Assembly (NCBI GenBank): GCA_963766685.1
Contig: CAVYBJ010000013.1
Span: 94,554 to 158,553, forward strand
DNA length: 64,000 nt
Reading direction: 5' to 3'
Source: an uncultured Chloroflexia bacterium
GTDB lineage: Bacteria; Chloroflexota; Limnocylindria; Limnocylindrales; CSP1-4
In this document: positions 1 to 20,516 of the stretch, piece by piece
How positions within the stretch are numbered: position 1 is the first letter of the stretch
How the letters are laid out: each line of letters opens with the position of its first letter
The notes under the pieces: generated by a model
What the model saw: the letters and a program-made list of their open reading frames with translations, nothing else
Database searches by the model: none
Told to the model about the DNA's origin: nothing
Made by a program: the position numbers and the translations under genes

Positions 1-368
1 TCGGCGCGCTCACCAGCGATGACCGTGTCACCGACCTGCAGGCCGTGCGGCACGAGGATGTAGCGCTTCTCGCCGTCCGCGTAGTGGAGCAGGCCGATGC
101 GGGCCGAGCGGTTGGGGTCGTACTCGATGGTCGCCAGCTTGGCCGGGACGTCCAGCTTGTCGCGCCGGAAGTCGACGCGCCGGTAGTGCTGCTTGGCGCC
201 GCCGCCGCGATGGCGGACCGTGAGGCGACCCTGCTGGTTGCGACCGGAGCCTCGCTTCTGGGACTCCAGGAGCGGCTTGTGGGGCTTGTCGGTGGTGATC
301 TCCTCGAAGGTCGACCGCGTCATGAAGCGGCGACCGGGGGAGGTCGGCTTGTAGGAGCGGATGGGCAT
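1..368 (-). CDS. rplB: 50S ribosomal protein L2, 5' part (truncated by window edge)
   Basis: Manual translation from ATG at 368 gives [17 protein letters not shown]...; follows rplW. Not in the ORF track. Confidence 0.95.
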   Translation of the reverse strand, partial: MPIRSYKPTSPGRRFMTRSTFEEITTDKPHKPLLESQKRGSGRNQQGRLTVRHRGGGAKQHYRRVDFRRDKLDVPAKLATIEYDPNRSARIGLLHYADGEKRYILVPHGLQVGDTVIAGERA

Positions 369-370
369 CT

Positions 371-673
371 CTAGACTCCCTCGAAGAACTCGATCGAGTC
401 GCCGGCCTTCACGGTCACGATGGCCTTCTTCCAGGCGGTCGTGTAGCCAGTCTGGCGACCCCGGCGGCGATTCCGGGACTTCTCCTTGGGCTTCATGGTC
501 AGGACGTTGACGTTCAACACCGTGACCTTGAAGAGCTCCTCGACGGCGTCCTTGATCTGCAGCTTGTTGGCCTCGTCGGCCACCGCGAAGGTGTACTTCT
601 GGCGGGTGGTGCTGTCCATCGACTTCTCGCTGATGACGGGGCGCAGCACGATCTGCGTGGCTTCGAGCGTCAT
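371..673 (-). CDS. rplW: 50S ribosomal protein L23
   Basis: RPVISEKS...YTFAV...[14 protein letters not shown]...WKKAIVT. Confidence 0.97.
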   Translation of the reverse strand: MTLEATQIVLRPVISEKSMDSTTRQKYTFAVADEANKLQIKDAVEELFKVTVLNVNVLTMKPKEKSRNRRRGRQTGYTTAWKKAIVTVKAGDSIEFFEGV

Positions 674-1293
674 GCGTACACCTCCGACATGGTCGGGATC
701 GACGGTGCGGTGATGACGATGGCGTCGGCCGCGAGGACGTCGACGATGTTCAGCGAGTCGGAGCGGATGACGGTCACTCGGGGCAGGTTGCGCGCCGAGA
801 GCTCGAGGCGCTCGTTCTTGCCGTCCTCGACGAGGAGGATCCGGCCGCCGGCCTGCAGGGCCTGGAGGTGAACGAGCAGCTGGCGGGTCTTGATCTCGTC
901 GAGCGAGAGGTCGCTGACGACCTTGACGGCGCCGTCGTCGAACTTGCTGGTGAGGGCGCCCACGAGCGCGGCCCGCTTCATGCGCTTGGGGAAGCGCTTC
1001 TCGTAGCTACGCGGGGTGGGCCCGAAGACCACGCCACCGCCCGCGTAATGCGGCGCGGAGCGCGAGCCCTGGCGGGCGCGCCCGGTGCCCTTCTGGCGGT
1101 AGGGCTTCTTGCCACCGCCGCGGACCATGCCGCGGGTCTTGGTGGCGGCCGTGCCGATGCGCCGGCCGGCCAGCTGGGCGACGACGGCCTGGTGCATGAG
1201 CGCCGTGTTGACGGGCGCCGCGAAGAGGGCGTCGGGCAGGTCGATGGTGCCGGCCTCTGCGCCGGACTTGTCGAAGAGCGGGCTGGTGGGCAT
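670..1293 (-). CDS. rplD: 50S ribosomal protein L4
   Basis: [27 protein letters not shown] motif. Confidence 0.97.
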   Translation of the reverse strand: MPTSPLFDKSGAEAGTIDLPDALFAAPVNTALMHQAVVAQLAGRRIGTAATKTRGMVRGGGKKPYRQKGTGRARQGSRSAPHYAGGGVVFGPTPRSYEKRFPKRMKRAALVGALTSKFDDGAVKVVSDLSLDEIKTRQLLVHLQALQAGGRILLVEDGKNERLELSARNLPRVTVIRSDSLNIVDVLAADAIVITAPSIPTMSEVYA

Positions 1294-1295
1294 GG

Positions 1296-1904
1296 CTAGG
1301 CCTTCCTGACCACGATGAGCGCATTGCGCGGGCCGGGGACCGGTCCCCGCACCAGCAGCAGGTTGCGCTCCGCGTCGGTGCGCACGATGGTGGCGCCCTT
1401 GACGGTGACACGCTCGTGGCCCATGTGGCCGGCCATGCCGGTCCCCTTGAAGACCTTGCCGGGCGTGGTGCCGCCGCCGATCGAGCCCGGTGCCCGATGG
1501 GAGTCGGAGCCGTGCGTCTCAGGGCCGCGACGGAAGTGGTGCCGCTTGACGGTGCCGGCGAAGCCCTTGCCCTTGGAGACGCCGGTGATGTCCACCGACT
1601 CCCCGGCCTCGAAGAGGCTCACGTCGAGCTTCTGCCCGACCGAGTAGGCGCTCACGTCGTCCATGCGGAACTCGCGCACGTCACGCACGCGCGGCAGATC
1701 CTTGAGCTGGCCCAGGCGCGGCTTGGTGAGGCGCTTGGCGGTGCCGGCGCCGACCTGCACGGCCGTGTAGCCGTCACGCTCGAGCGTGCGCAGCACGGTC
1801 ACCGTGTTGGGTTCGATGGATAGCACGGAGACCGGCACCATCGTGCCGTCCTCCGCGAAGACCTGTGTCATCCCGACCTTGCGGCCGATCACTCCGATCG
1901 TCAT
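1296..1904 (-). CDS. rplC: 50S ribosomal protein L3
   Basis: [10 protein letters not shown]...DGYTAVQ...[13 protein letters not shown]. Confidence 0.97.
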   Translation of the reverse strand: MTIGVIGRKVGMTQVFAEDGTMVPVSVLSIEPNTVTVLRTLERDGYTAVQVGAGTAKRLTKPRLGQLKDLPRVRDVREFRMDDVSAYSVGQKLDVSLFEAGESVDITGVSKGKGFAGTVKRHHFRRGPETHGSDSHRAPGSIGGGTTPGKVFKGTGMAGHMGHERVTVKGATIVRTDAERNLLLVRGPVPGPRNALIVVRKA

Positions 1905-2213
1905 CTACATCCTGATCTCGATGTCGACGCCCGCGGCGAGCGAGAGTCGCATCAGGGCGTCCACGGTCTTGGACGAGGGGTCCAGGATGTCGATGAGCCG
2001 CTTGTGGGTGCGGATCTCGAACTGCTCCCGGCTGTCCTTGTCGATGAACGGCGAACGCAGCACGGTGAACTTCTCGATGCGCGTCGGCAGCGGGACCGGG
2101 CCGACGACCTCGGCACCGGTGCGCTGGGCCGTCTCCACGATCTGGAGGGCGGACTGGTCCAGCAACCGGTGATCGTATGCCTTGAGGCGGATGCGGATCC
2201 GCTGCCGTGCCAT
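1905..2213 (-). CDS. rpsJ: 30S ribosomal protein S10
   Basis: [15 protein letters not shown]...GPVPLPT...[12 protein letters not shown]. Confidence 0.98.
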   Translation of the reverse strand: MARQRIRIRLKAYDHRLLDQSALQIVETAQRTGAEVVGPVPLPTRIEKFTVLRSPFIDKDSREQFEIRTHKRLIDILDPSSKTVDALMRLSLAAGVDIEIRM

Positions 2214-2216
2214 GGC

Positions 2217-3413
<1,197 letters not shown>

Positions 3414-3484
3414 CCTCGTATGTCCTCTGCTACGTCCTTGACTGCTACTGCTGCTCTACGCGGTCGTTGATGGGTGGCCTGACG

Positions 3485-5560
3485 TCAGGCCCTGGCCTTC
3501 TGGACCAGCTCGGCGGCGACGGATTGGGGAACCTCGGCATAGTGGGAGAACTCCATGGAGGAGGTCGCCCGGCCCTGCGTCATGCTGCGCAGGTCGGTCA
3601 CGTAGCCGAACATGGAAGCGAGCGGCACGAAGGCGCTGACGACCTGCGTGCCGTTGCGGTTGTCCATGCCCTCGATGTGGCCGCGGCGGCTGTTGAGGTC
3701 GCCGATGACGTCGCCCATGAACTCCTCGGGCATGACGACCTCGACGCGCATGACCGGCTCCAGGACGGTCGGCGAGGCCTTCTGCACGGCGTCCTTGACG
3801 GCCATGGAGCCGGCGATCTTGAAGGCCATCTCCGAGGAGTCGACCTCGTGGAAGGAGCCGTCGAAGAGCGTGGCCTTGACGTCCACCATCGGGAAGCCGG
3901 CGTAGACACCGGTCTCGAGGGCCTCGCGGATGCCGGCGTCGATGGGCCTGATGTACTCGCGCGGGATGACCCCGCCCACGATCTTGTCCACGAACTCGTA
4001 GCCGCTGCCCTTCTCGCCGGGCTCCAGGTTGATGACGGCGTGGCCGTACTGGCCGCGTCCGCCCGTCTGGCGCACGAAGCGGCCGTTGCCCTGCGCGGCG
4101 CGGCGGATCGTCTCCCGGTAGGAGACCTGGGGCTTGCCCACGTTGGCAGCGACCTTGAACTCGCGCGTCATGCGGTCGACGAGCACGTCCAGGTGCAGCT
4201 CGCCCATGCCCGCGATGAGGGTCTGGCCCGACTCCTCGTCGTTCTTGACGCGGAAGGTGGGGTCTTCCTCCGCCAGGCGCTGAAGGGCGATGGCCAGCTT
4301 GTCCTGGTCGGCCTTGGTCTTGGGCTCGATGGCCACCTCGATGACGGGCTCCGGGAAGACCATCGACTCGAGGATGACCGGATGGTCGGGGTCGGTGAGC
4401 GTGTCGCCGGTGTAGGTGTCGCGCAGGCCCACGGCAGCGGCGATGTCGCCCGCCGAGACCTCCTCGATCTCCTCGCGGTGGTTGGCGTGCAGCTCGACGA
4501 TGCGCCCGATGCGCTCCTTCTTGTCCTTGCTGGCGTTGTAGACGTAGGAACCGGTCTTGAGCCGGCCACTGTAGACGCGGAAGAAGGCCAGCTTGCCGAC
4601 GTACGGGTCGGCCGCGATCTTGAAGGCGAGAGCCGCGAAGGGCGCCTTGTCGTCCACGGCGCGGACGACGTCCGTGTCGGTGCGCGGGTCGCGCCCGACG
4701 ATGGGCGGCACGTCCAGCGGCGAGGGCAGGTAGTGGACGACCGCGTCCAGCATGGGCTGCACGCCCTTGTTCTTGAGGGCCGAGCCGGTCAGCACGGGCA
4801 CGATGCGGTTCTGCAGCGTGCCGATGCGCAGGCCGTGACGGATCTCCTCGACGGTGATCTCCTCGCCCTCGAGGAACTTCGTGGTCAGGTCGTCATCGAG
4901 CTCGGCCACGGCCTCGATCATGGCGTTGCGATGCTTCTCGGCCTCCGCCCGCAGCTCCTCCGGGATCTCGACGACCTCGATCTCCTTGCCCAGGTCGTCG
5001 CGATAGATGATGGCCTTGCGCTCGACGAGGTCGATGACGCCGAGGAAGCGGTCCTCCTGGCCGATGGGGATCTGCACGGGCACGGCGTTGGCGCCGAGGC
5101 GCTCCCGGATGGAGGCCACGCCCCGCCAGAAGTCGGCACCGGTGCGATCGAGCTTGTTGATGAAGCAGAAGCGCGGCACGCCGTACCGGTCGGCCTGGCG
5201 CCAGACCGTCTCCGACTGGGGCTCCACCCCGGCCACGCCATCGAAGACGACGACCGCGCCGTCCAGCACACGGAGGCTGCGCTCGACCTCCATGGTGAAG
5301 TCCACGTGCCCGGGCGTATCGATGATGTTGAAGCGATGATCCTTCCAGAAGCACGTCGTGGCCGCGGCCGTGATGGTGATGCCCCGCTCCTGCTCCTGGG
5401 GCATCCAGTCCATCGTGGCCGCGCCCTCGTGGACCTCACCGATCTTGTAGATCTTGTCCGTGTAGAACAGGATCCGCTCGGTGACGGTCGTCTTGCCGGC
5501 GTCGATATGCGCGATGATGCCGATGTTCCGCGTTCTTGCGAGCGGAACTCCTCGTGCCAC
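3485..5560 (-). CDS. fusA: Elongation factor G
   Basis: [27 protein letters not shown]; 691 aa. Confidence 0.99.
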   Translation of the reverse strand: MARGVPLARTRNIGIIAHIDAGKTTVTERILFYTDKIYKIGEVHEGAATMDWMPQEQERGITITAAATTCFWKDHRFNIIDTPGHVDFTMEVERSLRVLDGAVVVFDGVAGVEPQSETVWRQADRYGVPRFCFINKLDRTGADFWRGVASIRERLGANAVPVQIPIGQEDRFLGVIDLVERKAIIYRDDLGKEIEVVEIPEELRAEAEKHRNAMIEAVAELDDDLTTKFLEGEEITVEEIRHGLRIGTLQNRIVPVLTGSALKNKGVQPMLDAVVHYLPSPLDVPPIVGRDPRTDTDVVRAVDDKAPFAALAFKIAADPYVGKLAFFRVYSGRLKTGSYVYNASKDKKERIGRIVELHANHREEIEEVSAGDIAAAVGLRDTYTGDTLTDPDHPVILESMVFPEPVIEVAIEPKTKADQDKLAIALQRLAEEDPTFRVKNDEESGQTLIAGMGELHLDVLVDRMTREFKVAANVGKPQVSYRETIRRAAQGNGRFVRQTGGRGQYGHAVINLEPGEKGSGYEFVDKIVGGVIPREYIRPIDAGIREALETGVYAGFPMVDVKATLFDGSFHEVDSSEMAFKIAGSMAVKDAVQKASPTVLEPVMRVEVVMPEEFMGDVIGDLNSRRGHIEGMDNRNGTQVVSAFVPLASMFGYVTDLRSMTQGRATSSMEFSHYAEVPQSVAAELVQKARA

Positions 5561-5592
5561 GGGTCGCTACATCCTCGTCTGTTGGGTTCCGC

Positions 5593-6057
5593 CTACCAGC
5601 GGAAGTGGCTGAAGGCCTTGTTGGCGTCAGCCATCTTGTGGGTGTCCTCGCGCCGCTTGACGGCGGCACCGAGGCCGTTCATGGCGTCCACCAGCTCGAA
5701 GGCCAGCTTCTCGCTCATGGACTTGCCGTTGCGCTTGCGGGCCGCCTGCACCAACCAGCGCACGCCGAGTGACATGCGGCGGTCACCGCGGATCTCGACG
5801 GGCACCTGATAGGTGGCACCACCGACGCGGCGCGGCTTGACCTCGATGATGGGCGTGGCGTTGCGCAGGGCGAGGTCGAGGACCTCCAGGCCGGGACGGC
5901 CGGAGGACGCCTCCGCGCGGGCCAGTGCCTGACGCAGGATCTTCTCCGCCAGGCCCTTCTTGCCGTCGCGCATGAGCTTGACGACGAAGCGGTCCGTGTT
6001 GCGGGCCAGCGGCGTGGAGTACTTGGCCTTGCGCGGGATCTGGGCTCGACGGGGCAT
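5593..6057 (-). CDS. rpsG: 30S ribosomal protein S7
   Basis: RRVGGATYQVP...THKMADANKAFSHFRW. Confidence 0.98.
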   Translation of the reverse strand: MPRRAQIPRKAKYSTPLARNTDRFVVKLMRDGKKGLAEKILRQALARAEASSGRPGLEVLDLALRNATPIIEVKPRRVGGATYQVPVEIRGDRRMSLGVRWLVQAARKRNGKSMSEKLAFELVDAMNGLGAAVKRREDTHKMADANKAFSHFRW

Positions 6058-6471
6058 CTACTTGGGCCTCTTGGCGCCGTACAGGGAGCGTCCCTGCCTG
6101 CGGTTGTTGACGCCGGCGGCATCCAGCGTGCCGCGGATGATGTGGTACTTCACGGAGGGCAGGTCCTTCACGCGACCGCCGCGCACCAGGACCACGGAGT
6201 GCTCCTGGAGGTTGTGGCCGATGCCGGGGATGTAGGCCGTGACCTCCATCTGGTTGGTGAGGCGCACGCGTGCGATCTTGCGCAGGGCCGAGTTGGGCTT
6301 CTTCGGCGTCATCGTGCGCACCTGCAGGCAAACGCCCCGCTTCTGGGGGGCGCCTGGCGTGGGCACCTGGCGCTGGCGCAGGCTGTTCCAGTTCTTGCGC
6401 ATGGCCGGAGCCTTGATCTTCGCCTGCTTGGGCCGGCGGCCCTTGCGCACGAGCTGGCTGATGGTCGGCAC
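6058..6471 (-). CDS. rpsL: 30S ribosomal protein S12
   Basis: GTG start at 6471 ([10 protein letters not shown]) with upstream GGAGGAG; [11 protein letters not shown] and GHNLQEH motifs. Confidence 0.98.
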   Translation of the reverse strand: MPTISQLVRKGRRPKQAKIKAPAMRKNWNSLRQRQVPTPGAPQKRGVCLQVRTMTPKKPNSALRKIARVRLTNQMEVTAYIPGIGHNLQEHSVVLVRGGRVKDLPSVKYHIIRGTLDAAGVNNRRQGRSLYGAKRPK

Positions 6472-6699
6472 GGAGCTCTCGTCTCCTCCTTGGATGGACG
6501 TCCCTCGTCCGTCACTTGGACCGCGCGCAGAGCGCACGGTCCCCTGTCCTGGTGTCTTCGTTCTGGGTGCGGCGGCCGTCCGGGTCCCCGGGGGTCAGGT
6601 CCCGCTCGCGGGCCCCTCGCGGGGAGTGCCGCCCGGTGTGCTTGCGACCGTCAGGCCGACAGGCAGATACCGACGCGGCCGTCCGGGCCGCGACGGCGA

Positions 6700-6728
6700 A
6701 GTGTAGCAGCGGACCGCATCAGCGTCAA
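6700..6728 (-). promoter_or_regulatory. Sigma70-type promoter of the str/S10 operon
   Basis: TTGACG-17 nt-TACACT with TG extension, upstream of rpsL. Confidence 0.7.
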
Positions 6729-6798
6729 CGACCGGGCCCTGTGGCACGGGCCCTGGTCCCGAGCCGGCCGTCGCGCACGCTCCGCGGGCGGACCCTCG

Positions 6799-11331
<4,533 letters not shown>

Positions 11332-11421
11332 CGTTCTCCTTCAGCCGCAGCACGGTCAGCGATGCGGGATGCGCGGGCGGCCCGGAGCGGACTCCGGGCC
11401 CTACGGCCCTCGCTACGTCGT

Positions 11422-14890
<3,469 letters not shown>

Positions 14891-14984
14891 GGGGCACTCC
14901 TGCCTCGGCATCGAGGCGAACAAGGCACGGGAATCCGACAGCAAGGGTCGTTAGGACAAGAGGGGCCGCGCTCACCGACCGCGT

Positions 14985-15013
14985 ATGGTACCGCGGACGG
15001 GCGAGGCGGTCAA
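14985..15013 (-). promoter_or_regulatory. Sigma70-type promoter upstream of rpoB
   Basis: TTGACC-17 nt-TACCAT. Confidence 0.65.
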
Positions 15014-15103
15014 ACGTCGGACCGGGAACCGATGCGAGCCCTGCGGCCGCACTGCCCGGCGGACGCTCCCCGCGCTGCCGGCGGGGCCAGGCTGCCGAGA
15101 CGG

Positions 15104-15137
15104 CGGATGGGGGAGGCCGCCTGGCCTCCCCCATCCG
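15104..15137 (-). terminator. Hairpin after rplL (terminator-like, no U-tract)
   Basis: Perfect 15-bp stem CGGATGGGGGAGGCC/GGCCTCCCCCATCCG with 4-nt loop. Confidence 0.6.
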
Positions 15138-15153
15138 GTCGGGCAGCGCAGGG

Positions 15154-15543
15154 CTACTTGATCTCGACCTTGGCGCCCTGCTCCTCGAGCGCGGCCTTGA
15201 TCTTCTCGGCCTCGTCCTTGTCGACGCCTTCCTTGACCGGCTTGGGCGCCGCGTCGACGAGGTCCTTGGCCTCCTTGAGGCCAAGGCCGGTGAGCTCGCG
15301 GACGACCTTGATGACGGGGATCTTGTTGGGGCCGACCTCGGCCAGGATGGCCGAGAACTCGGTCTGCTCCTCGACCGCCTCAGCCTCGGCTGCGGCTGCC
15401 GGGGCTGCCACGGCGACGGCCGCGGGGGCCGCCGCGGTCACGCCGTAGCGCTCCTCGAAGGCCTTGATGAACTCGGAGAGCTCGAGCACGGTCATGCCGT
15501 CGATGGCCTCGAGGATGTCGGTCTGGGAGAGCTTGGTGGCCAT
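15154..15543 (-). CDS. rplL: 50S ribosomal protein L7/L12
   Basis: [19 protein letters not shown]...[19 protein letters not shown]. Confidence 0.98.
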   Translation of the reverse strand: MATKLSQTDILEAIDGMTVLELSEFIKAFEERYGVTAAAPAAVAVAAPAAAAEAEAVEEQTEFSAILAEVGPNKIPVIKVVRELTGLGLKEAKDLVDAAPKPVKEGVDKDEAEKIKAALEEQGAKVEIK

Positions 15544-15614
15544 GGTGCGGGGTTCCTTTCTTGGTTCGGGATGGGACTGTCAGTGAGGCCGCTGGCCCCG
15601 GGTCTGCCTGAGCG

Positions 15615-16143
15615 TCAGGCAGCCGGTGAGGCTTCGCGCCGTTCCTTGAGCTGGCTGAGGCCGTAGCCGAGGTTGCGCAGCGGTGCGGCGAAGAGACCGG
15701 CCATGGTGCCGAGCGGCGAGGCCATGGCCCCGGCCAGCTGGGCGAGCAGCACGTCTCGCGGGGGCAGGGCCGCCAGGGCCGAGACACCTGCGGCGTCGAT
15801 CGTCTGGCCGCCCATGGCGGCACCGCGGATCTCGACCTTGAAGGGTCGCACGGCGTCCATCAGGCCCTTGGCGAGGGCCGGCTCGTCGCTGCCGCCGACA
15901 GCCAGCGCGGTGGGGCCGACGAGCAGCGGGATGAGCTCCGGCACGCCCGGCCTGCTGGGCCGCGATCCTGGCCAGCCGGTTCTTGACGACGCGGTAGCGG
16001 ATGTCCTTGTCGCGCAGGTCCCTGCGCACCTTGGACAGCTCAGCCACGGACAGGCCGCGATGGTCGGAGACGATCGTGGTGTTCGCCTCCTTGAGGAGCT
16101 CGGTGAGCTCCGCGATGTCAGCCTGCTTGGCTTCTGTGGGCAT
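15615..16143 (-). CDS. rplJ: 50S ribosomal protein L10 (frameshift near 15945, probable error)
   Basis: MPTEAKQA...[14 protein letters not shown]...VVKNRLA in one frame, then [14 protein letters not shown]...[16 protein letters not shown] in the next. Confidence 0.95.
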
Positions 16144-16149
16144 GTGACC

Positions 16150-16400
16150 TCCTTTCCCGTGAGGCGCCGCGGGCGCGACGTCCCCTGTGGGTCCCGCACA
16201 GGGGCGTCGCTGCGACTGCAGCGCCCGGACGTGGAGGTCAGGGCTCGACACCTGCCTTGGCGTGCCCGTCGGCGTCCCCGCTGGCGCGGTCCGGTCGACG
16301 ATTTCGGTCCGGTCCGACGATCGGGTCACCCCGTTCGCGGCCAGGCACCCGTGAGTGCCCGCGGACGCATCGCTGTCTCTGGCGGAACGCTATTCCCTTG
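16150..16400 (-). promoter_or_regulatory. Long rplJ leader, candidate L10 autoregulatory element
   Basis: About 300-nt rplA-rplJ spacer containing CCAGAGACAGCG, resembling the L10-leader 5' motif; structure not verified. Confidence 0.35.
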
Positions 16401-16451
16401 TGACGGGCCGAGGCCCGTCGCTGGCTTGCTGCGGGCGCTCGCCCGCTGCGC

Positions 16452-17159
16452 TCAGGCGGCGGCCTTGGCCAGGAGGGCCGGGACATCCACGCGGATGCCG
16501 GGGCCCATGGTGGACGCCACGGTGAGGCTCTTGAAGTACTGGCCCTTGGCTTCCTTGGGACGGGCGCGGTTGATGGCGTCCGTCAGCGCGGCCAGGTTGT
16601 CCGTCAACTGCTCCGGCTCGAAGGTGGCCTTGCCGAAGGGGACGTGGATGATGCCGCCCTTGTCCACCTTGAACTCGATGCGACCGCCCTTGAGCTCGTT
16701 GATGACGCGCGCCAGGTCGAAGGTGACGGTGCCAGCCTTGGGATTGGGCATGAGGCCGCGCCGGCCGAGGATGCGGCCGAGCTTGCCCACGCTGCCCATC
16801 ATGTCCGGGGTGGCCACGGCCACGTCGAACTCCAGCCAGCCGGCCTCGATGCGGGCGGCGAGGTCCTCCGCGCCCACGACGTCCGCACCGGCGGCGGTCG
16901 CCTCAGCGGCCTTGTCGCCCTGGGCGAAGACGGCCACGCGCACGACCTTGCCGGTGCCGTGCGGCAGCGACACGGTGCCGCGCACCATCTGGTCGGCGTG
17001 GCGCGGATCGACGCCGAGGCGGATGTGCGCCTCGACCGACGGGTCGAACTTGACCGTGGAGGTCTCCTTGAGGAGCACCATGGCCTCCTGCGGCTCGTAG
17101 ACCTTGCCTCGCTCGACGAGCTTGGCGGCTTCCTGGTAGCGCTTGCCGTGCTTGCCCAT
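16452..17159 (-). CDS. rplA: 50S ribosomal protein L1
   Basis: MGKHGKRY...[23 protein letters not shown]...[10 protein letters not shown]. Confidence 0.98.
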   Translation of the reverse strand: MGKHGKRYQEAAKLVERGKVYEPQEAMVLLKETSTVKFDPSVEAHIRLGVDPRHADQMVRGTVSLPHGTGKVVRVAVFAQGDKAAEATAAGADVVGAEDLAARIEAGWLEFDVAVATPDMMGSVGKLGRILGRRGLMPNPKAGTVTFDLARVINELKGGRIEFKVDKGGIIHVPFGKATFEPEQLTDNLAALTDAINRARPKEAKGQYFKSLTVASTMGPGIRVDVPALLAKAAA

Positions 17160-17173
17160 GCCTTCGATCCTTT

Positions 17174-17201
17174 CCGTTCGGCCTCGTCGGCCTCCCCCTG
17201 G
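17174..17201 (-). promoter_or_regulatory. Candidate L1-binding autoregulatory site between rplK and rplA
   Basis: GGGAG-GCC-loop-GGC-CGAAC just upstream of the rplA RBS; resembles known L1 mRNA sites. Confidence 0.4.
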
Positions 17202-17286
17202 TGACGCGGGGTGGACGTGCCGGTGCGGGCGTGCCCGCGGTCGCCGCTCCGTCCGCTCCGGCAGGCGGACGGCGGCCCTGGGTCGA

Positions 17287-17712
17287 CTAGTCGACGATGT
17301 CGATGCCCATCGAGCGCGCCGTGCCCTCGATGATGCGAGCGGCCATGGCCGCGTCATTGGCGTTGAGGTCCGCCTTCTTGACCTCGGCGATCTCGAGCAG
17401 CTGGGCGCGCGTGACGCGGCCCACGGTCTGGCGCCCAGTGGTCGCCGAGCCGCGCTCGACCCCCGCCGCCTTGCGCAGCATGTCCGCCGCCGGCGGCGTC
17501 TTGAGGATGAAGGTGAAGCTGCGGTCCTCGAAGATGGTGATGCGGGCCGGGATGATCTGGCCGGCCTGGGCGGCCGTGCGCTCGTTGTAGGTCTTGGTGA
17601 AGTCGACGATGTTGATGCCATGCGGACCGAGCGCCGTGCCCACGGGCGGAGCAGGCGTGGCCTTCCCGGCGGGCAGTTGGAGGGTCAGGATGGTGCGGAT
17701 CTTCTTGGCCAT
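17287..17712 (-). CDS. rplK: 50S ribosomal protein L11
   Basis: [15 protein letters not shown]...KTPPAA...GTARSMGI. Confidence 0.98.
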   Translation of the reverse strand: MAKKIRTILTLQLPAGKATPAPPVGTALGPHGINIVDFTKTYNERTAAQAGQIIPARITIFEDRSFTFILKTPPAADMLRKAAGVERGSATTGRQTVGRVTRAQLLEIAEVKKADLNANDAAMAARIIEGTARSMGIDIVD

Positions 17713-17762
17713 CGGTTCTCTTCGTCGTACCTCGTTGGATGTCAGGCCCCGGGGCGGGCCGG

Positions 17763-18345
17763 CTAGAGCTTCTCGACCTGCAGGAAGTCGAGCTCGACTG
17801 GCGTCTCGCGCCCGAAGATGCTGACCAGGACCTTGAGCTTGTTGCGCTCAGGATTGACCTCGTCGACGGTGCCGATGAACTCGGCGAACGGCCCATCCGT
17901 GACACGCACGCTCTGGCCCTTCTGGAAGGCGACGCGGTACTTGGGGGTCTCCACGCCCATCTGGCGCAGGATGCCCTTGACCTCGTGCTCCTCGAGGGGC
18001 ACCGGCTCGTTGCGCTGCCCGGGGATGTTGCCGCCGCCCACGAAGCTGGTGACGCCGGGCGTGTTGCGGACGACGAACCAGGACTCCGGGTCGAGGATCA
18101 TCTCCACCAGCACGTAGCCGGGGAAGACCTTCTTCTGGACGGTGACGCGCTGGCCGCCACGGATTCTCGATCTCGTCTTCCTCGGGCACGAGGACCTGGT
18201 AGATCTTGTCTTCCATGCCCATCGTCTCGATGCGGTGCTCGAGATTGGTCTTGACCTTCTTCTCGTAGCCGGAGTAGGTGTGGATGACGTACCAGCGCTT
18301 CTCCGGCTGTGCCGCCTCGGTGAGGTGCTCCAGGAAGCCGGTCAT
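17763..18345 (-). CDS. nusG: Transcription factor NusG (frameshift near 18163, probable error)
   Basis: [14 protein letters not shown]; [12 protein letters not shown]; KOW motif DGPFAEFIG; [13 protein letters not shown]. Confidence 0.96.
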
Positions 18346-18536
18346 CCGAAGGCCTGCGTGATGATGACGAAGACCTCGCGCCAGACGGCGTCGAAGAAGC
18401 CGATGAAGACGCCGATGATGGCGCTGATGACGAAGACGAGGATCGTCAGGTTGCGGACGTGCTCCCGCGTGGGCCACGTCACCTTCTTCAGTTCCGACCA
18501 CGACTCGGTCAGATAGCGGCGGATCCTGTCGATCAC
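18342..18536 (-). CDS. secE: Preprotein translocase subunit SecE
   Basis: GTG start; ESWSELKKVTWPT followed by one TM helix; ATGA overlap with nusG. Confidence 0.95.
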   Translation of the reverse strand: MIDRIRRYLTESWSELKKVTWPTREHVRNLTILVFVISAIIGVFIGFFDAVWREVFVIITQAFG

Positions 18537-18575
18537 GTTGTTCGTCGTTCCCTCATGTGGGGCAGCCTGCGGAGG

Positions 18576-18651
18576 TGGCAGGCGCGGCGGGACTTGAACC
18601 CACAACCCCTGGTTTTGGAGACCAGTGCTCTGCCAATTGAGCTACGCGCCT
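18576..18651 (-). tRNA. tRNA-Trp (CCA)
   Basis: 76-nt cloverleaf, anticodon loop CTCCAAA, encoded CCA end. Confidence 0.97.
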
Positions 18652-18669
18652 ACGCTTGGCCTGCGCCTC

Positions 18670-18837
18670 CTACTTGGACTCGCGATGGAGTGTATGGCTT
18701 CGGCAGCGCGGGCAGTAGCGGCGCAGCTCCAGCCGGTTGGGATCGTTCTTCTTGTTCTTCTCGGTCGTGTAGGTGCGCTCCTTGCACTCGGTGCAGGCGA
18801 GCGTGATGGTGGGTCGGTTCTCGGCTGCCTTGGCCAT
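18670..18837 (-). CDS. rpmG: 50S ribosomal protein L33 (Zn-ribbon form)
   Basis: Manual translation [55 protein letters not shown]; below the ORF-track cutoff. Confidence 0.97.
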   Translation of the reverse strand: MAKAAENRPTITLACTECKERTYTTEKNKKNDPNRLELRRYCPRCRSHTLHRESK

Positions 18838-18843
18838 CCGAGT

Positions 18844-20040
<1,197 letters not shown>

Positions 20041-20103
20041 CCTCGTGTCCATTCGGCCCCAGACGCGCGGCACCAGTGCGGTGGGCGTCGGAGGTTGATC
20101 AGG

Positions 20104-20178
<75 letters not shown>

Positions 20179-20219
20179 CCGCTGGGCGTATGTGTGGGAC
20201 TTCCAGAGGGCGCTGGTGA

Positions 20220-20304
20220 TGGTGGGCAGGGAGGGAATCGAACCCCCACAGTCGAAGACGGCTGATCTACAGTCAGCGGAGCTCACCACCTGCTCAACCT
20301 ACCC
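20220..20304 (-). tRNA. tRNA-Tyr (GTA)
   Basis: 85 nt with long variable arm, anticodon loop CTGTAGA, CCA end. Confidence 0.93.
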
Positions 20305-20372
20305 ATGATTCGTCCGTGCACCCCTCGGGACCGGAGTCCCTGTGGTGAGGGGGATACAGCGTCCTCTGTTGT

Positions 20373-20448
20373 TGGAGCCGACGACGGGACTCGAACCCGG
20401 AACCGGTGGTTTACAAAACCACTGCTCTGCCAATTGAGCTACGTCGGC
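20373..20448 (-). tRNA. tRNA-Thr (TGT)
   Basis: Cloverleaf, anticodon loop TTTGTAA, CCA end. Confidence 0.97.
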
Positions 20449-20459
20449 GGCGACGCAGA

Positions 20460-20489
20460 ATAGTAGCGCAGGAATCGTCCGGCCCGCAA
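20460..20489 (-). promoter_or_regulatory. Promoter of the tRNA-Thr/Tyr/Thr-tuf unit
   Basis: TTGCGG-18 nt-TACTAT, 11 nt upstream of tRNA-Thr. Confidence 0.5.
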
Positions 20490-20516
20490 GCGGCGGGTCT
20501 CGGCCCGGATGGGCGG

